Counted from the first letter of the whole stretch, positions 49,541 through 62,020 are shown. The stretch is DNA of 63,258 bases, filler included, from Klebsormidium nitens (GCA_000708835.1; 4 parts of 4 records of this genome joined end to end with filler, not necessarily neighbours in it), one strand, 5' to 3'. Translations and numbers: made by a program. The notes: generated by a model not told the origin, from the letters alone.

Positions 49541-50520
49541 AGTTGCGCTGAGACGATGTGGCCAGCCACTGGGTTATGTACGCGGCCATCTTGTCCATAA
49601 GCACCGGGAGGGGCGGATCTGTAAAATGAAGCTCGGGATTTTAGTGCCAAATGACGCCCATTTTTCCAATCTGCGAGGAGAGCCGAAAAACGAGAAGAGT
49701 CACCCCGTGAGAGCGCGTCAGCTGAAGAATTGTCTTTGGAGGCGATATATTTGCTGGTCAACCGGAAATTGTAACGAGCAGAAAGCCAGAAGATGTGGCG
49801 GACATATTCCATCATGCGTGGGCCAGTTTCGCCCTTTGCCGTACCCTTATTGATTACTGCGACGACTATCGTATTGTCAATATGCAAACGAACATGTTGT
49901 CCGCTCAAGGCAGCCGAAAATAATCGGCACAAAATAAGTACTGCAAATAATTCATGGACGTGGATAGGTTCTGTGCGATCAGGGGCATCAAGAAATTGTG
50001 ATGCAGCTTGAGCAAATGACAGCGAGAAATAACCGCCCAAGAGAAACGCCCCATAGCCATAGCTCGAAGAGGCGTCAGTGGAAAAATCATCCAATGAGAG
50101 AGGTGTACTAGGAATCAGCTCAGTTTGGCCGTTAAATTGTGGCAAAAATTGGTGCCACCATTCGAGATCGAGGCGCATTGCCGCCGAGATGCGGATATGA
50201 TGCTGCGGCCGTTTCACGCTCCATTGAGCATCGATTAAGCGGCGCAAAAATGTGCGGCCGCCATATACGACCTTGCAAACCCATTTTAGTTTGCCGTTTA
50301 ATTTATCCAACTCCTTACGAGTTATACTAGTACGGCCGAGAGTGGTTGTAATCAGTGCGGAAATTACCGCAAGCTTCTCAGGACTCAAACGAGCCTGCAT
50401 GGCGACCGAATCCAATGTGACGCCAAGAAAATCAATTACCTGGCAAGGGGCGATGCATTTGTGCGCCCGCATATTAACCTTAAAACCCAGTTGTGACGAT
50501 TCGAGTCTATGAATCTTCAT
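49462..50520 (-). CDS. Reverse transcriptase C-terminus and DIRS-type RNase H (5' part lost in the gap)
   Basis: LGFKVN..K..PCQVIDFLGVTLD; DLEWW; STDASS.YGYGA; IHVHELFAV; HIDNTIVV..INKG; KYIASKDNSSADALSR. Confidence 0.9.
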   Translation of the reverse strand: MKIHRLESSQLGFKVNMRAHKCIAPCQVIDFLGVTLDSVAMQARLSPEKLAVISALITTTLGRTSITRKELDKLNGKLKWVCKVVYGGRTFLRRLIDAQWSVKRPQHHIRISAAMRLDLEWWHQFLPQFNGQTELIPSTPLSLDDFSTDASSSYGYGAFLLGGYFSLSFAQAASQFLDAPDRTEPIHVHELFAVLILCRLFSAALSGQHVRLHIDNTIVVAVINKGTAKGETGPRMMEYVRHIFWLSARYNFRLTSKYIASKDNSSADALSRGDSSRFSALLADWKNGRHLALKSRASFYRSAPPGAYGQDGRVHNPVAGHIVSAQLWRPCQARIISPSALLMICGLCSRTK

Positions 50521-50842
50521 ATCGAACTCGTACCCAGTATATTNNNNNNNNNNNNNNNNNNNNNNNNNNNNNNNNNNNNNNNNNNNNTTAATTAATTAAN
50601 NNNNNNNNNNNNNNNNNNNNNNNNNNNNNNNNNNNNNNNNNNNATACCGTCCGCTGAGTCTTATCGCGACGGTACCACTCGAAACACTGGGCAGAAACCG
50701 TCCGCGTCCGAAATTTCGAAAGGAGTTCACAAGTTGTGTACGTTTTGCGTCGGGGACCCACCAAACCCCTATATGATATGTCGGAGGGTTCGCCGGTGAT
50801 ATCATCTGTACAACTTCTCATTTCATTGCAATCCTCGGTTTT

Positions 50843-51338
50843 TAGGCGCTTTTGGTTTTACATTACGGTGTAATTACCGTACCGTAAATTACCCGGTAAT
50901 TTACGCCGTAATTACGGTCAGGCCTGGTAAAGCAATAGTAATTACGGTTTGGGCGTTACGGTGTAATGACGGTCCGATTTTTGATTTACAAGTGGTAAGG
51001 CGCAAGTGTAAAGCGTAAAGCAAAGCTACATCTGGGTTAAGAGAAGTTTTGGGTTACCCGCGCTTCTAAACAAGTTCATTGTTTTTCTTGATTTTTGCTA
51101 TATTTACTATATATTTGGGTGGTTATGAATGGGCTATTACTTTATTGCCATTTATGCTTTGAAAATGCAATTTTTTGGTCGGTAACGCTCTGCATGAGGC
51201 ATCTCTTTGCTTTACGGTGCCATTGCTTTACCAAAGTGGAATCATAACCGCAAAATTACGGCGTACCGTAAAGCGACCGTAAATGACGCCGTAAAGCACA
51301 ACAGTCAACCTGTGTTACGCCGTAAATTAAAACGCCTA
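50843..51338. repeat. TTAC/GTAA-rich foldback or MITE-like element
   Basis: Ends TAGGCG(C)TTTT ... AAAACGCCTA. Many subterminal TTACGG/CCGTAA motifs. Followed by an A-run at ~51348-51365. No TSD seen. Confidence 0.45.
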
Positions 51339-51563
51339 GTTCAACTTTAAAAAAAAAAAAAAAAATAGAATCAGGAGGCTCTCATAACACATATCTATTA
51401 TACAGTAGTCCTATACCGGAATCCTTCCGCTGCGAATCTTCAATTGAATTTATTCTTCCTGTCTGCCAAAGGCAAACCAGCAAATATCGCAACCACTTCG
51501 GTAAAGGCACAATACAACTCTTCAGGGTTGTGGTCCTGCCAGGTCGCTGTCCATCGCGACACA

Positions 51564-54500
51564 ATGCCTCGCTACCTCAAAGCGCCATTTCTGATCGGTT
51601 TGCCAAATATGGCCGCAAGTGCCTGGTGCTACCAAATAGTACGCTTATTCGGGATCGCTTTGGGGCTGCTAGTCGTACTCTCTTTCTATACCACCAGCAG
51701 CTACAACTCTAAGCAATTTCTGGATGTGGGCATTGGAAGCCACCATAGAGTGTCCGCAAGCATTTCCACATGCCAAGCATGGTTCGAGGGCAAAGATCAG
51801 GCCTCAAGCTTGCACAATCCGATGGGCAGGGACTTCGAAATTGACCCAGTTAACATCTACGAAGTTGGCTTCCCATATTGGTTCAGGGCAACAGATAAAG
51901 ACTTGCAGGCATGTGACATTCCTTGTAGGTAAGCTTCAGCGTCAACTGGCTCAGTATGTCAGTAGAGCCTTATCTTTACAGTGCTTACTAAGAGCTAGTA
52001 CATGTTCACCCCTACAGCCTTGTCTAGCTTGTTATATGAGATCTTGAGGATCTTCAAAAGGACCAAATGGGGCACACACAAGGAGAGCTTGGTTGGGGCA
52101 AGACTAGCTACAAACACAGTACTTGGGTTTTAGCAGTGCCCTCAGCCATCTATCTAGGAGCAACCGTTGGATCTGTTGGCTTGTTTTGAGTTTTGTGCCT
52201 TCCACGCCAGCAGGCTCTTTTTCTATGCAAACCTCCTGTTTTAGATGCCAGACCCACAATTTATTAAGATACTGCGTGTGTAGAATGCTGGAAGCATATC
52301 GTCACACTATCCTGCTTACAGGTCAATCTTTCACAAAGCGGTCGAGAGTGCAACCGTTACACATTGGGATGCCCGAACTGAACAGTGGCCGTCATCCCCC
52401 TTAGACAACAAGGATTACTCGCACGGCTTTTTGGTCCTTCGCAATACTGAATCCCCCGTCCGGTTCGGCGGCCTTGCTATTGAAAGAGCGCACCGTGCAG
52501 GTTACAACATTGTCATGACCTCAGAGCTGGCATCGGATGTACCAATACCCTATGTGGGCCGCGGTTCCGCATTAGATATTGACATTTTTGCGCCTGCGTT
52601 GCCATTTGAAAAAAAGCGGAAGGCAGCAATGGCGGTTATCAGCAACTGTGGTGGAAAGACCTTCCGATTGCAGGCTGTGGCAAAAATGCAGGAATTGGGT
52701 ATCCAGGTGGACATGTATGGTCGCTGCATGCACAACAAGGATTTTCAAGGTTTGACAGCTTCACCACACTGTTTGGATCCGTGTTGTGAAAGTCCTTATG
52801 AGAATTCTGTCTGGGGATTGGATTGGACTGGTGCATACTCGAAGCCTTCACGATCAGCAGCAAATGATGGACGTCTTGCCATTAACACCACATCCTTGGC
52901 GTTTCTGCTAAATCTTGCCATTTGGCTAGGTATACACCGTTAATGGCGCTTGTTGTCCAGCATGAAATCAAGCCATGGTCTGCCGGTTGGAATGGCACAT
53001 CCTTTGAAAGGCACTGCCGCATTTGTGGCGCTATAGCATGCCGGAGCACCTAAATCCCTTGCAGAGCAAATTGCGGTCAAAGTTCTCGGTTGTAACCTTT
53101 GTTCTGAGAAATACAAAAGTCTTCAGAGTGCTTCCTTCTGACTGGTAGGTCTCTTCAGTACTTAGAAATTGTCGGAAGTTGACAGTTCTGCTGATTCATG
53201 CCCACTATGAAACATAGCTCGTGAGAAGCAAGAGGGGCTGGGTTTCCACGCCAGCCTCCTACTTGTTTCAGCACAATCCTTTTGCAGCCTCTTAGCTGCG
53301 TCTTTTGCACACTGGTTTAGGGGATAATATCGATCATTCGGACTTGAAAGCAACATTCTCCCTGCGCCTTCAAGTTTCTCACTAAAATGGTTGGCTCGTT
53401 TACAAAAGGCTGAGGGTTCACAAGTCATGTGTTTTAAGAGGGAGAATTTCTGGACAGGCCAGTTGGCAGTGATCAAATAATGTGTAGTTGTGCACAGCTT
53501 TTATAAATTCACGGTACAATGGTCATGCTTCTCTTTTACTGTTTGCGGCTTTTGTTTTTGTTCCAGCCTCCCTAAGAGCAAGTAGCTCAGCGTTTGTGAC
53601 CAAGGTTCTTCGAATTAGGATCTCAGCCAATCAAAATGGATTCCGTGGCTGCCATAATGTGGCCGACGTTGCGGGACGAGCCCAATACCAGTCAAAGTCG
53701 GAATTTTCTCAACAATGAGGTTTCAGATTGGACTGCTTCCTGCTCATTGCAGTAGTCGCTTTTACATAAATTCCTCTGTGTGGTGGCAGACATGCGAATT
53801 CAATTGGAACTCCAAGGTCACGTCGTTTTCTTTCTCTGCTATGACTCCTCTTGGGCCTGTCTCAATATTGTCAAGCATTCATTGATCTTAACTTTCGCGC
53901 ACGTCTGGTCTTTTCAGTGTTTTTTGCATCATTTCAGTACCCATAGAGCATTTTTAATATTAGAAGTTTCTATAGGCGGCGATACTGTTTCCGGGTGTCT
54001 CATGTTGGAGTTCAGGGTTGGTCAAATCTGGTTAATGCCCTTGAGACCACGATCCATCTTCACAAATTGATTGGGAACACTTTTCCTCACACAGTTTCTT
54101 TCTATTGCCATTTCAGACGACGTCGAAAGCACTGATCCCTGGTGGAATCAGAAGATTGTAACTGCACGAACATACATGTTCTACTTAACCTTTGAGAACA
54201 GTCGGTGGCCTGACTATGTTACGGAAAAGCTGTATCATGTACTGACCGCGGGCAGTGTACCGGTTGTCATTGGTGCTCCAAATATTGCCGACTATATGCC
54301 AAGCCCAAAGTCGTACCTCTACCTGGATAGCTTAGAGGATGTTCCAGCAGTTGTGGAGAGGATGAAGTTCTTGATGCAGAACCGGTCTGCCTACGAGGTA
54401 AGGCTCCTGTTGCCTTTGTAGCATTCGGATCCAGTCGTCCGACCCTTCAAGATTCACAGGGGGCACCCTGGCATGCTGTGCCAATGGGATTGGACTCAGG

Positions 54501-55822
54501 TCCTCCGCCGGTTTGGAATGTGCAAAGTTTAGAAGCAGGTTTGCTTTCAATGCATGTTTTTCTGATGAAAGTTCTTTCTCCTCTGACCTTGAGTCAAGCA
54601 GGTTCCAATTATATTCTTAAACCTAACTGCAAGGCTGACAACTATGCCATACCTCTCTGAAATCTTTTGGTAATTGCATTTGCGTCCTGTATCAACAAGT
54701 CTTCACTTAAGTCTGCTACCCACCGGCATGTCTGTTTTTCCGTACCTTTGTAAGATTAGTAAATTCGCAGCTGCGATGCACCTCCATCTCATTGCGGCCC
54801 AGGAGCAACTAGATTAGAATCTGAAACTCGTTCTGCTACTGTGCAATCCAATCATTGTCTCAAAAGGTAGGGCTGTCTTGGTTCCAAGAGGATGCATCCG
54901 CATGATGTCGGCCGCGTACGGCAGATTTAATTCGCGAGGCGATTTTGCACGTGTAACATCGAATCTCAAAACCGGTGTGAGACTGGTCTGCGCGGCGTGC
55001 GGAAAAACGAGAAAAGTTGGCTCGACCGAGTTCCGATAGCTTGATTTCACGGGTGGTAGTCGGGCCCGCTTGCCTAGGCATCTCTATTCGTCCAAGTTGG
55101 AGCCAACATTTCGCCAGTGGGGATGGTATATCAAGTCCGACGTGCTCTTTAAAACTCAGGTTTTACGTGCTCTGCAGGCAATGCTTGCCTGGAAACAGCG
55201 AGAGGCCCCCAACAGTTTCAAGGCTATCGCTGATATTTCAGGCGTCCACCACACTTGCCGTCTCTGCATTCACATTGCAACCAGACTCGAAGCACAAGAG
55301 GACCAACGGAAGCGTCCGGGCACAAAATCAGAAGCTTCTTTGGAAACACTCAGTGCTTGGAATCATGTAAGTGGTTCCAACGTGGACTACTCTGCAAGAG
55401 CCCAATCAAGAAGTATGGTGCAAAAGTTTCCTTGCACGTGTAAAGCCGGGAGGATTCGACCTCCTTCAAGCTGGTTCCGTATGTCGAGCTGGGGAGACAT
55501 TGAAGACGATGTGCACCTTTTGTACGTACGTGAGACTGGCAGGTTCTACTATCGCTCGGTCTTCTTAATTGACCTTACCATACAAGCAGTCTATGCTGCC
55601 GTCTATGCAACATTCGATAAGGACCAGTATAAACCGACATGGGTAGAGAAACGGCAAGAGCTAGGTGTTGCTTGGACAAAGTGGAATATATACAAACTCT
55701 ATCCTGTTGGCACAACGTTAATGGACGCCCTCAAGGGAAATGCATCATTCACATCAGATAGTCAATTTCGAGAGTTCTTGGAAGCACATCCTTGTCCTAA
55801 ACTCGAGGTCATATTTGTATAA
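51564..55822 (+). CDS. GT10 core alpha-1,3-fucosyltransferase (plant FucT/FUT11-12-like), 4 exons, ~572 aa
   Basis: Exons 51564-51928, 52322-52749, 54117-54397, 55178-55822 are phase-consistent. N-terminal TM segment. Motifs GYNIVMTSELASDVPIPY, AVISNCGG..FRLQA, YMFYLTFENSRWPDYVTEK, GSVPVVIGAPNI, HHTCRLCIHIAT and the plant-type C-terminal HLLYVRETGRF. Confidence 0.93.
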
Positions 55823-56349
55823 CGGGAAAATGTGGCTCTAATTGTGCCCGCCAGTTTGAAATGAAGGCTTGGGAGAAAAGTAGGGTGATGTAGGTTGAAC
55901 TTGAATGCAATTCTGACCCCGCCACTTTTGCAGTCTGTTCGTTCAGATGCTTTGGTCATTACCTTTTAGACAAAGATATGTTAGCATCTTTGCGGCTGTC
56001 TGCAAGAGTGGAGGAACCTTCATTTGTACGACCAAATCAACAACCTTTCTCTTTTTTTGAAAGTGAAAAGGTTTTGTCTTCATTTTTAAAAGTTCAGCCA
56101 CATAGGCCGTAGGCTTCTCATGACATGATACATGGTCACTTCTTTTTAAACACGCTTAGGCACCTGGGCCCATGGCGCAGAAACAAGCAATTTCGGAGTT
56201 CAGGCTTCATCAAAAAATGTTTCTATAGCTAGTTACCAAGCAGTTACTAACAACGAAGCAACGTGACTAATATGACATGCTACCTCATCATGGCGCAACT
56301 ACTGGGTATAAAAGTCACTTAGCAATACCAATCGGAGGCAAAGGGTTTA

Positions 56350-57881
56350 TCAAATGTCTCTGATTAAATGCTGGGTTCTACGGCAAGCTAGTTTCCCTTC
56401 TTCTCCCCGCCCTTGTTGGCCTGCCGCAAGTTCTGGAGCAGCAGCAGGAGCGCCTGCACAACTGGAGCGGGCACTGCGGACGCGAAGGCTTGCGCCGCGG
56501 CTGCGCTCCCCCCATCTAGCGGCCGCATGCCCCGTGGCGGCAGTAGCCGCCTGGACCGCCTGAGTCGCGGAGGCTCCAACCCCCACCCCAAATGTGTTCG
56601 CCCCAGCGGCGAATTTGCTCCCCCCGCCTCCCGACTGCGCTGAGCTGAACCTCTCGACAACGAGGCCAAGACGCGCTAGCTTCTCCGCATAGTCCCCAAG
56701 AAAACGCTCCCCGGCGCAGAGGCTTCCCATGTCGGGGAAACACATGGCCCACGTTTTGAGCGACACACCAACGCGCGACATCGGCCACCAGTGATGCGTG
56801 AGCACTCCAAGGACGGCACTCGCAATGCCAGCCTCCATTATGACATCCTTGATGTCACGCTGGAGATCAGGGAGGGGGCGGCCGACCGGGGTGGTCTTGA
56901 CAATCAGCATAAGCTCGGGGGGATAAATCTTCGAGTGTTCAAGCTCGTTGGGGCCGTTTGTGGAAGGGGGTTTGGAAGTTTGCACCTCATCCGGTTTCAT
57001 GCGCTTTGGGGCGGGGTTGGGGCCGTCCGATCAGCGCCTCGGGTCAAAGATAGGCTGTTGGCCCGGAGAGGGCCCGCCCGGAGGGGGAGGGGGGAGGATG
57101 GGATGGGTGGTTGCGGCCGGTTCCGCCACGGCGGCTATCTGAGTTTCGATCTGGGCAACCGGGGGGCCTTGTTGGGGACCGGGGGCGTGGTTTGGCTGAG
57201 GTGCACCTCAATACTGCATTGGCGGGGCTCCGCTATACCCATATATGGGATGGGGTGGGGGTTACTGCAGCCCTGGCCCAGCCGTGCTCTTATCTGAGCA
57301 GGTCGTTCAACAGGGCTATGATTTGATTGGCTCGGTTAGCCAAGTGGGCCATCCCCTCCGTGTTTTGGGCTACCGTGCGTTCGAGGTAGTCCAGCTTTTG
57401 GTTGCCATTTTCCTTCCACACGTTCAGTTTGTGGAGGGTGATTGACGAGGTTTTGATGAAGTGATCGGATTGATCGCATTTGAAGTCGTATGCCCCCATC
57501 TGCAAGTCAATGGAGTGGGTTCTTGTCCGGATTTCTTGGATTCGTTGAGGACCGCCGTGCTAAAAATGCGTTCCGAAGGCCCCTTCTCAGCGGCGATCTT
57601 ACTGAATCTATTGAACCCCGCGTTTAGGAGGGTTGTTAGGGACTGGGCGGCCACTTACGCGAGGTTTGTGCTTTTTCCGGGTTGCAAGCTGCTTCCCAGA
57701 CCCGTTTCAAGGTTGGGGGTTTTTCCGAGCCGGAGGCGACTATTGTGACTGTGGGGGATTCGGTGCTTTCAGGGCCAGCGCCACCCGCTTTGACAACCGC
57801 GGCCATTGAGGGGCCCCCATTAGGCCCCTCCGGGGTATTCAAGTTGCCAGTTGGAGCTTTGCCATTGTTAGGTGCATCCAT
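56350..57881 (-). pseudogene. Fragmented ORF, possibly decayed retroelement ORF1/gag
   Basis: Successive minus-strand ORFs in shifting frames (57881-57636, 57654-57424, 57505-57290, 57000-56350) with coiled-coil-like and Pro-rich segments. No RT or endonuclease seen. Confidence 0.3.
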
Positions 57882-58386
57882 GAGTACCTGCGGGTTTATG
57901 TGAGTTTGTTGAGTCAGAGTTGCTGGTTATGTTTAACTCCTTACAATGTTGCTTATACTAGGACAGGTTAAAACAACCGGGCACTGATATGCAGACGAGA
58001 AAGGACTCGGTAGGCTGGATTGATGGGCCATAGGCACCAAGTTATTCAATTGTTAGATTTTACGATTCAACGAAGTTGAGTGGCTTCGCCGCAAACTTGG
58101 GTTGCGCAGCCGTCGATGCAGATACCGTACCAGATCGGTACAATCACGCGACCAGATTGGGTACGGTAGGTACCGGCGGTATTGTTGCAGTGTCCTTTCT
58201 TATTATTTAAGTGTGTGCCGTATAAGGTACCGTACCTTTTTGCAGTACGGTATGTCCTTAGTACCGTTATAGCTACCGGTCTACCGTGCCACAGTACTGG
58301 TAGGTCGTGGTGAAACGTTCTTACTCCTGGTGAGCATGGGAGAGGCGCGAAGGCGCCTGGTGATAAACTTCTCAGAGAGAAGGTGG

Positions 58387-58656
58387 TGTAAAGGTTACAC
58401 CTTTGGTGGAATCCGGAGACTACATGTCTCATTCCTGCTCCCTCTTGGGAGTTGCATGCATAATGAGTCGCAGACTTGCAGTACGTGCACATGCATAGAC
58501 TCAGACAGTATGTCCGTTTTGAATTCAACCGGATCCGGCCATCTGACGGCGGATCTGGCTCGGGGTTTAACAAGCGGCCGCACTGCGCGTTAATGAAACA
58601 AGTTCGCGCGACCCGGGGGATCCCCGCAAAGGGCTCGGAAAGCTAGCGCCGTTACA
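58387..58656 (-). repeat. 3' LTR (~270 bp)
   Basis: On the minus strand it begins TGTAA directly after the PPT and ends TTACA (5 bp terminal inverted repeat). The partner LTR is not visible, so the outer boundary is inferred. Confidence 0.7.
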
Positions 58657-58670
58657 ATCCTCCCCCCTTA
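58657..58670 (-). promoter_or_regulatory. Polypurine tract
   Basis: TAAGGGGGGAGGAT on the minus strand, immediately 5' of the LTR TG. Confidence 0.8.
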
Positions 58671-59804
58671 AGAGCGAAACTCCGAGAGCTGCAAAAGGTA
58701 CAAGTCAATGAGAGGCGGGGCCCGGCGTTGAGTGAGGGCTGTAGCAGACTGCCTAGCCCATCACTCAGCACCGGGCTTGCTTCTGGTCACCCTGTACCAT
58801 GAAACAAGTCAGTAAATTTTACCTTATAAACACTGGAACCAGTGGATATAATTTCTGTGGGTCCGATCGTACGGTGGACAGTGACCGCCGGTTTAATTCC
58901 GGTTCCGCGCGACGCATCGAGCGACGCAGACTTGACCGCGGAACTTAAAAGATCATCGACGGCAAAAAGTCAACCTCACGAGGTTTGAACTTTGCCGTGT
59001 TGGTATCCGATGAAATCACGCTGAGTTCAGCAGACTTATGCAACGTCAACTAGGGCATTGTTTGGCGGTGTAACCCTATTTTTAACTAAATTGGTTACAG
59101 CCAAACAATACGAGTTAGACATAAAAAACTTATGATGTCTGCAAAAAGAGTCGACGAACTCAGCGTTGAGCGGTTTGCCCAGATGCTTTGTTAAGCCGAC
59201 CCTGACACTTGTCTCGTTAAAATAAACATATAGATTAACGTTAGCAAAAGGGGCTGCGTGGAGTGCGGGTGTCTGGTGCGTTGAGTATACTGCTCAGGCC
59301 ACCCTTTAGTCCACATTTGCCCTGCCCCAAACGTTCCGAAATAAACTTATATTTCGTAACTGAACGTTAGTTAAAAGGGGCACTACTTGCCGACCTCAGC
59401 AAAAGTGTGTGTGCCATTGGGGAGGAGAAAGATGGTTCAAGTTTTTGACCCAACTTCCTACTCACCAATGGTTGATAAGTCTTGTGCAAACAAAACTTTC
59501 AACCCAATTACTGACCTCAGCAAAAGTTTGACGCCATTGGTCAGGAAAAGGATGGCTTTAGACCATCCTTCTACTGACCGATGACGGGCAGGTTTTGTTC
59601 TCAACAATCTTATAATCGGGAATCAACGTAGTCCCCTTACGACAGCAAAAGTGCAGGGCGTAGTTCATCCTGAACTTCGTCCTATGTCGAGGCTAATCAA
59701 GTTTAAGCTTATAACCCGGAATCGACGTTACTTAGCTGATTACAGACTGCATTATCACAGCCATGCACCCTTTGACGAACGCACATGCGTACGGAACAAG
59801 AGAT

Positions 59805-59877
59805 TGGGTGCCCCGGGATTCGAACCCGGTAATCTGAGCTTGGATCCGAGTATCATCTTACACCCCGGTGGTCCCCC
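59805..59877 (-). ncRNA. Degenerate tRNA-like sequence (pseudo-tRNA or SINE head)
   Basis: 73 nt. Perfect T-arm CCGGG-TTCGAAT-CCCGG (B-box GGTTCGAATCC), anticodon-like arm TCGGA/TCAGA with one mismatch, acceptor stem 5/7 paired, disrupted D-arm. Confidence 0.5.
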
Positions 59878-60639
59878 TTACGGCACGAAGCCTGCCGCAA
59901 TACTCTGCGCCCTACTAGGCCAGCCCGTACAGCTGGAGCCTTTCAGGTCGGCTTATGAGCGTCAGCGGGCGAGTGGGGTACTAACCGGTGATGCAAGCCG
60001 GAAGCATGGTAACCCGCTAGGTCATCCAAACTGACCAACACCCTGGTCGATACTCTGATCCTCTTACAATCTGGTATTTAAAGTCCGACAACTTCATCCA
60101 GAAAGTTTGTGGGTCCACTTGGATCTCCACCGTCGATTCTTTGACTGTTCCGTCCTGGTTCCGCTTACGCTTCGTTCCAAAAGGAATCGAGCTCAGATTG
60201 TCCCACTTGGGAGTGTGCGTGGTGGCTAGCAACTTCAAGTTGCCGGTGCCAGTTATCTTCTTTGCCCGTGCTGACTACGAAGCACTAACGCAAATATATA
60301 AAGACAACTTTCTGACTTCTGTGACATTGTGGGTCCAAGAACACAGCAGAGGAGCCCACCTGATCATGACACGTGGCAGATCGACGGTGGTAGGCAGCTC
60401 GTAGAAGGTCGGCGGGACGGCTGACGCGGCCGCGCGAACTTCGTAGTCACAGAGCCTGCAAAACTTTAAACAATATTTCTGTCAGAAACCAATTGAGAGT
60501 TGGTTTACAAGAACTCTCAGGTCGTTCGTGCCCTCTTGGCAGCCTTACGAACTGACCTGGTGACAACCTTCTGCTTCGGCTTCTTAGCCTTAGCAGGTTT
60601 CACCTGAGCTTGGGCGGGCTCGGGTACACCTTTCCGAAA

Positions 60640-61021
60640 CTAACCCACATAAACCCAATACTCTTCGAGAATATCCTTACAGTTAGTAAGGTTCTTCTCT
60701 GGTTCCCAGGTATTGTGCTCGGGCCCATAACCTAATCATTTGACCAGGAACTCTGTCTTGGTGCTTTTTCCGCGTTTAATCTTGCGGTCGTCGAGTACTC
60801 TTTCGACCTCATACTCCAATTGAGTCATCGATTTCGATGGGTGGTGGAGGCGGCTGCACTTTGCCATCATTTCTGTAGGGTTTCACAAGATTAACGTGAA
60901 ACACGTTATGCATCTTGAGATTTGGTGGAAGCTTCAACTTATAAGCGACCTTGCCCACCAGTTCGATCACTTCGAACGGTCCTACCCACTTGGGCAGAAG
61001 CTTGCGAGTCCTTGGATTCGC
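60640..61021 (-). pseudogene. Integrase C-terminus and chromodomain with inactivating lesions
   Basis: Frameshift near 60820 (IEIDD/LEYEV) and TGA at 60738-60736 replacing the conserved Trp of LVKWxGY. Confidence 0.88.
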
Positions 61022-61159
61022 NNNNNNNNNNNNNNNNNNNNNNNNNNNNNNNNNNNNNNNNNNNNTTAATTAATTAANNNNNNNNNNNNNNNNNNNNNNN
61101 NNNNNNNNNNNNNNNNNNNNNCCCGGTCGTGGGATAAGAATGATCATCGCTCTGAGAGT

Positions 61160-62020
61160 CCTTCAGTTAGGTACCGAGTACGTACCTTGAAGGCTTGAAC
61201 CTTCAACTTCACGTAGGTACCTAGATTGGTAGCAGGCCACTGATCCAACCACTGAGTAGTAAGTACGGTACCCAATACGGAATCCGACCAGCTCTACTGT
61301 AGTACAGTGTACTGTACGTACGTACCGTATACCGGTACCGTAGGTAGGTGTGGTAGGTACGTACATATAGGTAGTACCTGAATATTGACTGACCCTGGTC
61401 CTGATGCTGTAGTAGCGGTACCTACCTATTCACAGGGGTATCCTGACTGACATGCCCGAAGACAAAGCAGAACTGCCACATGCGTGCTTGGTGCGAATGC
61501 AGGGCAACTCGAGCGAGTGTACCTAACCGCATATAGCTGGCCTAACTTATTCGCGCCGGCCAGGCACGTTCCGATGCTGCCATTCAAATGTGGTGTGCCG
61601 AATCATCAAATTGTGCCATGTATCAAAATTCTACTAGGGTATCTTACTAGGTAGGTATCTTTGCTGTGCAACTCGTCACTCTTCACTGTGAGTGGCTGAG
61701 CCTGAGTATGCGTCATGAGTAGGTATTGTACCGGTACCTGATACCGGTAATACCGTACTGCCCAAATAGGTACATAGGTACATAGGTACGGTAGGTAAGT
61801 GCCTATTACGCGGTGCAAGCAGCTCCGTGCTGCCGTGCACTGGGCCAGCGGCGCAGCGCGCAATGAACACTGTGAATTGGATGAACAGAAGTACGGTACT
61901 GTACTGGAATTAATTCAACACAGGCGGCCCCAACAACACGGCACCATAGGTATCCAATTCATACCTATACCGGTAGGTACAGAAACTGAGAGTACCTACA
62001 TAGGTACCTACCTATAAGTA
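61160..62020. repeat. GTAC-rich low-complexity tract
   Basis: About 29 GTAC by manual count in ~850 bp, versus ~3 expected at random. Confidence 0.8.

Larger units (their letters stand above)
48363..50543 (-). mobile_element. Tyrosine-recombinase retrotransposon (DIRS order, Ngaro-like), partial, bounded by gaps
   Basis: The RT C-terminus and RNase H ORF overlaps a downstream YR ORF. No methyltransferase domain follows RNase H, which fits Ngaro-type organisation. Confidence 0.88.
58387..61021 (-). mobile_element. Ty3/Gypsy chromovirus, 3' portion (integrase C-terminus, chromodomain, 3' region, PPT, 3' LTR); the 5' part runs into the gap
   Basis: GPY/F-type motif KLLPKWVGPFEVIELVGKVAYKLKLP..MHNVFHVNLVKPY and chromodomain YEVERVL..EFLVK*LGYGPEHNTWEP. 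PPT and LTR lie downstream. Confidence 0.9.
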
